DNA of 61,587 nt from Chiloscyllium plagiosum (lineage: Eukaryota), in NCBI RefSeq assembly GCF_004010195.1, contig NC_057719.1:32899931-32961517 (forward strand). Reading direction: 5' to 3'. This document shows, piece after piece, positions 51,832-61,587 of the stretch; position 1 is the first letter of the stretch; every line of letters starts with the position of its first letter. Below the pieces are notes generated by a model. That model was not told the DNA's origin. It worked only from the letters and a program-made list of their open reading frames with translations, and did not search any database. Position numbers and translations under genes: made by a program.

Positions 51832-52238
51832 CTGGAGCATCGGAGGCTGAAGGGTGACCTTATAGAGGTTTATAAAATCATGAAGGGCATGGATAGGATA
51901 AATAGACAAAGTCTTTTCCCTGGGGTCAGGGAGTCCAGAACTAGTGGGCGTAGGTTTAGGGTGAGAGGGGAAAGATTTAAAGAGACCTAAGGGGCAACGT
52001 TTTCACACAGAGGGTGGTACGTGTATGGAATGAGCTGCCAGAGGAAGTGGTGGAGGCTGGTACAATTGCAACATTTAAAAGGCATTTGGATTGCTGTATC
52101 AATAGGAAGGGCTTGGAGAGAATCGGCCGGGTGCTGGCAGGTGGGACTGGATTGGGTTGGGATATCTGGTCGGCATGGACAGGTTGGACTGAAGAGTCTG
52201 TTTCCATGTTGTACAGCTCTATGATTCTTTGACTCTAT
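51832..52238 (+). mobile_element. Young CR1 (HER1-like) 3' end
   Basis: RVVRVWNELPEEVVEAGTIATFKRHLD, with a (CTCTATGA)n tail. Confidence 0.93.
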
Positions 52239-52350
52239 GACCACTTTGGCCTGAAGTCTTATCTGTTTACATATAAACAAAAGGCCTCTCAATACCCTTC
52301 AATCTCTGTACCAAACCAGTCTAATCAGAACCGGGAGCTGGTTTATGACC

Positions 52351-52779
52351 TGTTGTGGAAATTAAATCGACTTGACTCAACTGTAAGCAAGAGCAAAGAA
52401 AGGAGCTTTATTTAAATTCTGCAGAATTGATCCAGTACATTCAGCTAGATGCCTCAATGTAAAGGGTGCCTGAGCATTGTTCAGATACTTGCCTTATACT
52501 GTTTCTTATCACGCACTCAAGAGCAAAGACTGGGAAAACTCAAGTTATTATTCTCTCATCCCCTGGTCTTGGACATAACAGTTCTTCAGCTTTCGCTGAG
52601 TTCAACTGTCGCAAGGTTGGGTTGAATGTTTACAAAATTCAAACAGAGACAAGCTGGCTGCAAACCTCGTCAAAGTAATGCTCAACACAGCATTAAAGTT
52701 TAGAAACGCATTCTCTTTCAAATTTCACAGTAAATGTAAAATTTGTTATAAATGCAAAATTTTTAAATTTTCCATTACA
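52351..52779. mobile_element. Second solo LTR nested in the first
   Basis: TGTTGTGGAAA...TTTCCATTACA imperfect terminal inverted repeats with TG/CA ends, flanked by GACC/GATC. Confidence 0.65.
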
Positions 52780-53599
52780 GATCCCTCTGAAAAAAACCAA
52801 GGACACAGTATCCTTCAGAAAAGGATCAGCTTTTAGAAAAAAGGGACCAGTTTTGTGACAGAAGATGTCAGAACTTACACCAATGCTATTAACCTTCCGA
52901 CATTGTTGTGAATTCTTCCAGATGACTGAGACTGCTTTAACCTGAATGGTAACTGTGGACCAGGCTGGCATGGTCTGAGGTCATGTTATCTACTTCTCAT
53001 CCTGGACAAAGAGGAAGTCCCACCTGTGCAGCATTCCATCCAGCAAGAGCTCCCTGCTTACATCTCATAACACCAATTCCTCCTTGTCTGCCATGACCAG
53101 AGCAAATATCTTGAATTGTGCGGGGCAGCTACAGTAAGACAGCGCTCGCACAGATGCACAATGGGCTTCTAAAGATGACACGGCAGCTCGGGATGGTGGT
53201 CTTTTGGCTGATTTCTAACGAGTGATGTGTTTTTTTGGGAAGAGTCCATGGAAAGACAGGGATAGTAGCAAATGTGGGGGGCACCACTGGGTTGGGGATG
53301 ATAGGTAATGAGGCATGTTTTGTAAGATACAGTGCAAAACCTCACAGCAAGAAACCCGCCAAAAAAAACTGCATGCAACTCGCAGTTTGTCAATAAAGTG
53401 GAAGATTCAGGGCCACAACTTGGATGAAGTAGCACTGATTGAAGCAGGAACTTACAAACATGTTATAAACAGATTATAAATGCAAAACTGTTTCAAATGA
53501 AGTTCAATGCAGCTAAGGTTGTAGTAATCCACTTTGAGTCTTAGACGAATTTTAGTGTGTTCTAATTGTGAGAAACGCATGTACACATTCTGAAAATTT

Positions 53600-54150
53600 G
53601 GAGAGATGCAAAACCAAATCAAAGAGTTAGTAGAATGTCTTGAGTGCTTCATTCAGATTTGGGTGTTACACTTGAGAAAGGTGACATGACCATTATTGGT
53701 GTGGGGTGTGCGGAGAGAAGGATACTGGGGTTAAAATTTGATATTAAAAGGGTAGATTACATGGTGTTGGCTTATTTCACTTGAGTTTAGAAGATGGAAG
53801 ACAAATATAACAATGAAATGGTTCAACAGGATGGATCCAAATAATCTATTTGCTCTTGTGAAGAAATCTGGAACTGAGGGACTGGGGTTAATGGGATGAT
53901 ATTTAAATTAGAACTAGGATGTTTGGGAGAGAAGTCAGGAACACATCCACAGACAATGGTAGCAGAAACCTGGAATTCTAGAAAGCTTGTGGATGAAGGA
54001 AGAGTTAAAACTTTTGAGAATGAGATAGAAAGATTAACTAATGGCATATGGAGTAATCGTGGTTAGATGAGATTGAAGTAGAATTCAGCCATGATGAAAT
54101 TGAATTATGGACCAGGACTCCGGGGCTAAATGGCTGCTGTCTATTTCTTT
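53600..54150 (+). mobile_element. Old CR1 3' fragment
   Basis: Degenerate CR1 ORF2 end and 3' UTR (CTTGAGTGCTTCATTCAGATTTGG...CAGCCATGATGAAATTGAA). Confidence 0.6.
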
Positions 54151-56652
54151 TATTACGAGACATAGAAGGAGTAGATAAAAAGAAATGAGAGACAAATTTG
54201 TACCATTGCTGCAACAATGAGAATCACAGACAAGACCCAAATACACATTTGCGAATCAAACTTGCTCTAAAGTATTTTAAAGCAGTGATGAAGACAAAAT
54301 AAATAGATTCAGGCAACAAACAATCATAATATTTTTATAGCAACAGAGAATAGATTATTGCTTTCACCAAGTTGGGAGCAGTGCCTTGTCTTTCTCCATT
54401 TCCACTATTCCCTGGGTTACAGACTACATGTAATTGTTTTCCCCAGTTCCAATTCCAAAATGACCAATTATGTGCTTATCTTATATTAGACTTAAAATGA
54501 TTCAACATCAAGTTTCTTTAACAAACACAAAATTAATGATACACGATTAAGAGAGCTTATTCAATGATTATACAAACAAACATGGTCAACGCACTTACAG
54601 TTTCTTTGATCGAAATAAAAATATTTCTCCCTCCAAATAAATTGAAATGTACACAAACACAGAAACATGCACAGCAGGTAAAGAAGGAGAAATACCCTCT
54701 GCAGAAATTCACTTTGAAAAAGAATCACCTTTGGCCAATATATCTTACTTTTTGAAGGCAAAAAAAGGATAACGTGTGAAATGTTCAGACAGCTGTTGGT
54801 CTGAGGTTCTGTCACACAAAGATGGACATCACTAAGAGTGAGCTGATGCATCTGAGATGTTTGCCACAGAGTTTGCCCAGGAAACATAATACTGAGGATT
54901 CTTCTGAATACGTTTTAGGAGGGCAATCAGTGTTCAGACTAGACCTAGACTCCAGTTATTCATGTGGACTCATGACAAATGTCTTCTCAGAGATAGGAGA
55001 GCTGGGCTGCAACACTATTTTCATTCCCTGAAGGAAAAAATCCAAAGAATCTCCAAAGCAGAATCTGCAACCGGACAGTCATAAATTCAGACAGGGGCTC
55101 TAGAGTAAACAGTCAGTTATGACAGGACATGTGACTTTTACACAAAGAATTCTTCTGATGCAGGAGGAGGCCATTTCACCATCTTGTCTGCAGCGACTTA
55201 CAAGAAATGTTTTGTTTTAAAAATGTCCCTTTGTTCTTTAATTGGCCTCTTAAAAAATCCAGATATCCACAACACTTCAAACTCAAGTCTGCAAAATTTA
55301 TTAAAATAAAACCACATAATATTATCAGGTTTGTAAATGGAAAATTGCAAGGGATTCCCTGTTGTTCCCATATGGATACATCCAGCTCTTCATTTCTATC
55401 ATATGATTTTGAGAATTTTAATCTTTGTTTTCATAACAAGCCTCATCAGTAGCTGACACTCAGTCAAATTATTTCTTCTTCTGAGTTTGTTGACTAAATC
55501 TCTGTGAAACCTGAGTGACTAATTTCAGATCTCCTTGGATCGATTTATTCATTCAAAAGAAGTTCACTGCCAATGCCATTGATTAGTGCAGCTTCACATC
55601 TTGTAGAGTTGATTTGAATAATACTGTCAGTCCAAAATCTCAGCTATCAATTATCTACAACTGAACTCAATTTATCATGCAAGCAACCTTTTTAGAATTA
55701 TGCAAGTCTGAATGATTTAAATGTGTTGATATTATGAAGTCTGATCTTTGAGTCATTCCTTCAATTCCTTCCCATCTATTTCGCAACATTTTCTCATTCT
55801 TTCAGTCTTACTTTTAAACAATATACAGCAGACTCCATATGTGCTATGTGTCAGGATAGTGCACACAGTTTATCAGCTTATACTGCTGAGGGGGAAGAAG
55901 GCTGTGAGGCTACTCAGAAATGTGACAGGTGACTTCCACCTAACACCTTCAGAGTTTAAAGAGGGGAATGGATAAAGTTGCAGGGAAAATGTAGAAGCAT
56001 TCTGACCTCTATAATAAAAACCTCCTTATTCTTGATTTGATTGTGGTAATGCACTTTCAACCATCCAGTTGAAGTTCAAAATAGGCTCAATCAAGTTCAA
56101 AGTGGTAAAATGAAGCACGTCTTAATGTTAAAGCTTTTGCAATTCCAGTAATTACCCACACTCACTTGTTAGCGTTGATCCTACAGCATAATGTGTAGGT
56201 ACAATATCAGGTCTGAGGATGGTCAAAGCTGTTCTATCTTTACCATAGGACTCTGAACTGTATATTAAAATTAGCACCTGAAGCAGAATGATAAATAGCT
56301 GCAAAAATGGCTCTGGACAGAATATTAACATTGACAAGGAGGTGAATCTACAAACCCAACTCTGTTCAATTAATGGTGAGTTCAACAAGTGAAAAATAAT
56401 GGGCTGTCTATCTGTACCACATTACCTTTCTGAGAGAGCAGCACTAAAACTAACTGCTTCATGTCATGAAATACGCAGTTGCTGAACCTGCATCTATAGA
56501 GAGAAAAATAGAATTAATGTTCTTGTCAATGACCAACATCATTACTGTTCATGGATTTGAAAATTCTTTAATTTGAACTCATGCATTTTAACACACTGAG
56601 TATTTCCAGGAGTTACTTCGTATTTCCTGCATCTGCAGTACTTTCTTGTGTT

Positions 56653-56812
56653 GATGGATAGGGAAGGAAACTGTCCTCCTGACCTGCTCTGGCCTACATG
56701 TGACTTCAGACCCACAGCAATGTGGTTGACTCTTGACAGCCCTCTGGGTAATTAGGAATGGGCAATAAACGCTGCCTAGTCAGTGATGCTCTCCTCCCGT
56801 GAATGAATAAAA
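56653..56812 (+). mobile_element. 3' half of the second tRNA-SINE family
   Basis: GGCCTACATGTGACTTCAGACCCACAGCAATGTGGTTGACTCTT...GGGCAATAAACGCTG...GAATGAATAAAA. Confidence 0.8.
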
Positions 56813-56899
56813 AGTAATTTAATAGCAAGCCTTCGGTATTACAATTACAATAGCTTACTTTTATATGAAAGTATTTATGATATAAATGTCATTATTAAT

Positions 56900-57300
56900 G
56901 GTTGAGATGAGGAAAATGAATGTATGAGAGCCAAGTATTCAGATGACTTAAAATAACTGGATGGCAAGTGATAAGAATGACCCAAAGAGTTGATACACAC
57001 TTGGCAGATGCAGTACAATGTGGAAAAATGTGAGGTTATACACTTTGGCAGGAGGAATAGGGGAGCTGAATAGTATTTAAAGAATGAAAGACTGCACAAA
57101 GCTATGGGATAGAGGGATTTGGGAGTACTGATCCAGGAATCACAAAAATCTACCATCCGAGTTCAGGGGTAACAGGCAAAGTCAATAGAAAGATGGCCTT
57201 CATTTCAAACGGAGTGGAATAAAACCATTGACAGGTTTTGTTCAAACTGTGCAAGGCATTAGTCAGACAACAGCTGGAATACTGTGAACAGTTTTTGGCA
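56900..57300 (+). mobile_element. CR1 fragment cut by the Gypsy insertion; its 3' end is likely at 60660-60900
   Basis: WQMQYNVEKCEVIHFGRRN...LEYCEQF. Confidence 0.8.
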
Positions 57301-57302
57301 TC

Positions 57303-60300
57303 AGAAATAGCTCAATCGAGGCCTGTATCCCATCACCAAGTCACCCTTATTTACAGGTGGAGAGTCCTTAACACTGATCCAACTTCCTCAGAGCAACTCT
57401 CAGACTGAACAGATGACACTCCTGTTCATTTTTTTATTTATATATATATTTTGTCTCCTAGTCAAGAAAACCTTTCCCTGCAATACATTGGCTATCTCTG
57501 GTTATATATTTTTTCCCTGATCTGAGGCAATTCTAAATCCCCTGTTTATATTTTATTTTTTTTTTATTTTATCCCCAGCACCCATGGTGTGTATGTGCAG
57601 GTGGGAGACACAGTGAAAGACACAAAGTGCACCAATCTTTATTCAATTTCCACCACCAGGAAGATAGGAAAACATCCGGGTGGCCAGTGACAAACACTGC
57701 CCTTCACATCAAGGGGCAGTGCTGTGTGTTCAAAACAGTGAAGGGGAGGGTAGGGACTAAATCAAAATAGAGACACTCCTGTTCTTATCTGTCAGCCAGG
57801 GCTCCCTGATTGGACCAGATTAACAGCCCCAATCAGGGAACTCATACTCTATGAGAACTACCTGGCTGACCTCTTTACAATCACTACATCCCTCCCACGA
57901 GTCTGAGGTCATAAACTGGTTCTCTTATTCTTAGCTCCTATTGGGGCATTTTAGCACAGGGTCTGGTTCCTTCAACTTCACCTCTGATACGGACAGTGTG
58001 TAATGCACACCAGCTCGCCTCTTGAGCCCAGAACATCTTAGAAGAAATTCATTCTCTTCGTCAGGTGGCAAAGGTGTCAAGATGGCAAGATCTGCTGTCT
58101 CCTTTTCAGATTCCAAGGTATCTTCAACGCTTATGAGTGAGAGAGAACTGACTTGTTCTAGCACAATGGGAAAGGCTATCGGGGCAAGCTTTGCTCCTGC
58201 ACTGTTTACGAGTTTGCAGTTTTCATATGGTCCACACGCTTGTTCAGCACTAACATACCACACCTGAACTTTATAGGTCACTGGACCTGAACTCACTTCA
58301 ACCATGCCTCCTACCCATGCAGGACCATTCCCGTGGTTCATTTACCAAATTTCATCCCCTGAAGTAAACTGTCTCTCTCACTTGTGTCTTGTGTCCACAT
58401 CGGTGGGGTCTTGTGTCCACATTGGTGATCTTGATGTCATTTCACCCTTCACCCAGGTTTGGGAAGATCAGAATTATCCTGGTGCAGATTCTTCTCCCCA
58501 GTAGCAACACTGCTGGAGCTATTCCTGTAGTTGCAAGAGGGGTGGTACTATAATTAAATAGGAACTGGGACAGTTTGGTATCTAGTGAAGCTGTAGGCTG
58601 CTTATTTAAGGCTCACTTCAAAGTTTGGAGTGCTCGTTTTGTCAGACTATTGGATGATGGATGATAATGGAGCTTCCTTATATATTAAATACCATTCACC
58701 TTTAGGAAATATTCAACTTCTCTGCTGGTAAACACTGCCCCGATATCTGTGACTCTTGGGAGTTTATGTATTTTAAAAGATGCACACTGTTTTTCTATTG
58801 CCAGCCCTGTGTTTGATGAATGAACTTTATGCATGTCCAACCACTTAAAGTTGGCATACACCATGATTGAGAACATTGAGCCCATGAAAGGATTAGCATT
58901 GCTAATGTGTAACCACATCCAGGGTTGACCTAGCTGTTGCCACACATGCATGGGAGCTGCTGGTGGTAATTGTTGTCTTTGTTGGCACTCCGGGTACTGC
59001 CCCACCAATAGAACTATTCCTGCATTCAATCCTGGCCACCAGACATAATATTTTGCCAACATCTTCATCTTAGAAACCCTTGAATGACTCTGGTGGAGCT
59101 CAGCATGTATCTGGTAGTGACGTTTGCTCGGGACAATCACTCTCATGTCCTGTAATAATATGCCACCCTCTACTCTGATCTGGTCTCTCCAGGCCCAAAA
59201 AGGTTTTCCTTTTGCTTGTGACAGCCCTTTGGACGTCCCCCATCACCACTAGCTGTTTCAGTTTTGCCAGGAGCAGATCTTTTTGCATCCAAGTTCCAGT
59301 ATTGCCAGCTGTGAGTGCAAGTGAGTCCAGAAAATTTAAAGGTGTTACAGATGCTTCCAGCGTCAGTACCACTGGCGGTGTATCTGCCAGCAGGAGACAG
59401 CTCAATACATCTGCACTTGCTATTTGGCCTGCTGGACAATGTTCCAACTTGTCATTGTACGCACACAGTATTAGATCCCCTTGCTGAGTTTGGCCTGAAG
59501 CTATGGGTGGCACAGTCTAGTACTCTTTAAGTCGACCTAGCAAGGGTTTGTGGTCCATTATTATTCCAAATTTAAATCCGTAAAGGTATTGGTGGAACCT
59601 CCTAACTCCAAATATGTCCGCCAAACCTTCCTTCTCTATCTGGGTGTATTTACTCTCTGCATTAGCTAAAGTCCTGGATGCTCTTGCACTTGGGCCTTCC
59701 TCTCCATTGGGCCAGCTATCAGCTAATAATACCCTGATGCTGTATGGAGAGGCATTGCATGTCAATACCAGATCTCACTTGAGATCATAGTTTCCCAACA
59801 CTTTCGAGGGCGACAGCTGTTTCACGTCCTTGAAGGCTACGGCTTGGCTATGTAAACATTTCCAAGGCTGACCCTTTATTAAGAATTGAAGCATAGGTAC
59901 CAGGATGAAGGCCAGGCTATGTAAGAACTTTCCAAAATAATTCACCGACCAAGGAAAGACTTAAGCTCTGATACAGATATGGTAGCCGGGTCACTTTTGA
60001 TCGCCCTCACTTTACCTTCCAGCAAGTGTAACCCAATCTTGTTGACTCTGTAGCCCAAGTAGGTCACATGGGGTGCCTCAAACACACATTGGAGAAACAT
60101 CTAAGAACTATGCCCAAGTTCTCTCAATGATCCTTATTGGTCTTCCCTGTTTTTTGCCACTCATCTGGATAAGTGGTGACCCAGGATAAAGCTTGTAAAA
60201 TGTTCTCCATCATATGCTGAAAAATTGCACAAGCTGACAATATTCCAAATGGCAATCTTGTGTATTAGTGCAAACCCTCATGGATATTAATTGTAGCATA

Positions 60301-60655
60301 TCTCTGGGAATACTGATGGAAATACAATTGTAAATATGCATGACTCATGTCCAGCTTTGTGAAGGACGATCCCCCCACCAATTTTAAGCCCTTTGTGCGA
60401 GGGAGTGAATATTTGTTAAGCTGCAAGAAGTGCATTACCGTTAGTTTAAAATCCCCACAAAGATGAACCTAGTGGTTGGGCTTCACCATCGATACAATGG
60501 GTGCTGCCCATTCTGCAAACTGTTCCCATCACTTTCCAGCCTCCTGAATTTTGTCTCTAGTTTTGCATGTAAGGGAAATGGCACTGAGCAGGCCTTGCAG
60601 AATTGTTTCCTGGTCAACATGCAAGGCGGCCTCAGCTCCTTTAATAGTCACTAGA
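57303..60655 (-). mobile_element. Gypsy LTR retrotransposon, degenerate, lacking gag and the 5' LTR
   Basis: RT (CGDFKLTV, FTKLDMSHAYLQL, YTRLPFGI), RNase H (ASRTLANAESKYTQIEKEGL, DHKPLLG) and integrase (ELHQSH...YVWWPG...PECQ, FTSREVEYFLKVNGI) in RT-RH-IN order. PPT at 57889-57897; the 3' LTR starts TG at 57888. Confidence 0.93.
57428..57771 (-). mobile_element. Tx1/L1-like 3' fragment inserted in the Gypsy LTR with a 13-bp TSD
   Basis: GACACTCCTGTTC at 57415-57427 and 57772-57784. AATAAA and two A-rich tails on the minus strand. Confidence 0.75.
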
Positions 60656-61099
60656 CTAATATGAAAAAATCCAGGAATTTAGTCAAGAGTTCACTGAGGG
60701 ATGAGGAGTAATGAGGAGGGAGAATCTGTGGAATTCTTTAGATGGAGGGTTGCTGTGGCAGGGTTGTTAAGAATATTCAAGGCTAAGCTAGAATTTTAAT
60801 CAGTAAGGAAATCAAGGTATGTGGGGAAAAAGCAGGAAAGTGGAGTTGACGATATTAGATCAGGACAGGCTCAATCAGCTGAAAGGCTGACATTTACTCC
60901 AGTGACTTGTGCCCTCATTCTTCTTTACTCGGTGGAAAAAAAAACAATCGTAACTTTAGGGATTCAAGTACTTTGATACTGTATCTTGCCATTCCATTAA
61001 TCACCTACAGCTGTTGAAGAATGTATCTCGAAATTGTATTTGCAACTTACTTTACAGATTTTCAGAATTATTAAAATATTCTGGAATGATACATCCCTC

Positions 61100-61587
61100 A
61101 GCCAGTATTATTATCGAATAGATCGGTTGGAGAAACAGACAGAAGCGATGAGGAATTTGCAACAGTATGTGATGGATAGCAGTTATAGGAAGGGGGGTAT
61201 GTCTCAAATACAGTCACATAGATGGGTTAACTCAAGGAAAGGTAAGAGAGGTAGGCAGCTAGTGCAGGAGTCTTTTGTGGATATACCCATTTCAAACAGG
61301 TGTGCTGTTTTGGAAAATGTAGAGGGTGATGGATTCTCAAGGGAACGTAGCACGAACAGCCAAGTTTCTGGTATTGAGACTGGCTCTAATACATTGAGGG
61401 GTACGTCAGGGTCCAAGAGGTCAATTGTGTTAGGGGATTCTGTAGTCTGAGGTACAGACAGACGTTTCTGTGGCCAGCAGTGAAAAAGCAGAATGGTGTG
61501 TTGCTTCCCTGGTGCCAGGATCAAGGATGACTCAGAGAGGGTGCAGAATGTTCTCACGGGGGAGAGGGGCCAGCAGGAGGTCATTGT
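61100..61587 (+). mobile_element. CR1 ORF1 fragment with an esterase (SGNH/GDSL-like) domain; runs off the window
   Basis: DIPISNR...SIVLGDSVV*GTDRRFCG...RMVCCFPGARIKD.SERVQNVL. Confidence 0.85.

Larger units (their letters stand above)
51382..52860. mobile_element. Solo LTR (TG...CA) with a 4-bp TSD, containing two nested insertions
   Basis: Begins TGTTAT and ends GTGACA. GAAG lies at both 51378-51381 and 52861-52864. Confidence 0.75.
50950..53094 (-). pseudogene. Decayed spliced Harbinger-type Myb/SANT gene with LTRs in its first intron
   Basis: Exon 1 (53094-52879) reads MADKEEL...ELLLDGMLHR...PAWSTVTIQVKAVSVIWKNSQQCRKVN|gtaagt. Exon 2 from 51141 reads THNRG.KRGKTASWLP. Confidence 0.6.

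Noticed and set aside
1..61587. Adjacent MDGA2 exons (YPPAVEP...SFLVT and AGQQRWWEQEI...)
   Set aside because: No matching peptide found by eye or in the ORF track; a TBLASTN would be decisive.
1..61587. CRISPR array or prokaryotic defence system
   Set aside because: There are no regularly spaced repeat-spacer units or operon-like ORFs; the sequence is vertebrate intronic DNA.

Overview
Eukaryotic, repeat-dense sequence from a cartilaginous fish (shark-type HE1 SINEs and HER1/CR1 LINEs). The only host coding sequence I can support is one 149-nt minus-strand exon (43023-43171) encoding part of the FnIII-type region of MDGA2. The neighbouring MDGA2 exons were not found, so the rest of the window appears to be two very long introns. 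These are filled with CR1 and L2-like LINE fragments, three SINE families, two Penelope-like elements (PLEs) with minimal hammerhead ribozyme motifs, PLE-derived foldback elements, a truncated Gypsy element, three solo LTRs with TSD-like flanks, Tx1-like remnants and four decayed Harbinger-type Myb/SANT genes. There are two assembly gaps. I found no CRISPR array, prokaryotic system or intact novel gene. The best leads are: intact-looking intronic hammerheads in the host-sense orientation, an AG|GT exon start resembling a recursive splice site, multi-layer nested insertions, a possible 3' transduction, a Tx1 remnant among tRNA-like repeats, and a templated 134-bp duplication. Family names come from recalled consensus motifs, not database searches, and repeat boundaries are approximate.
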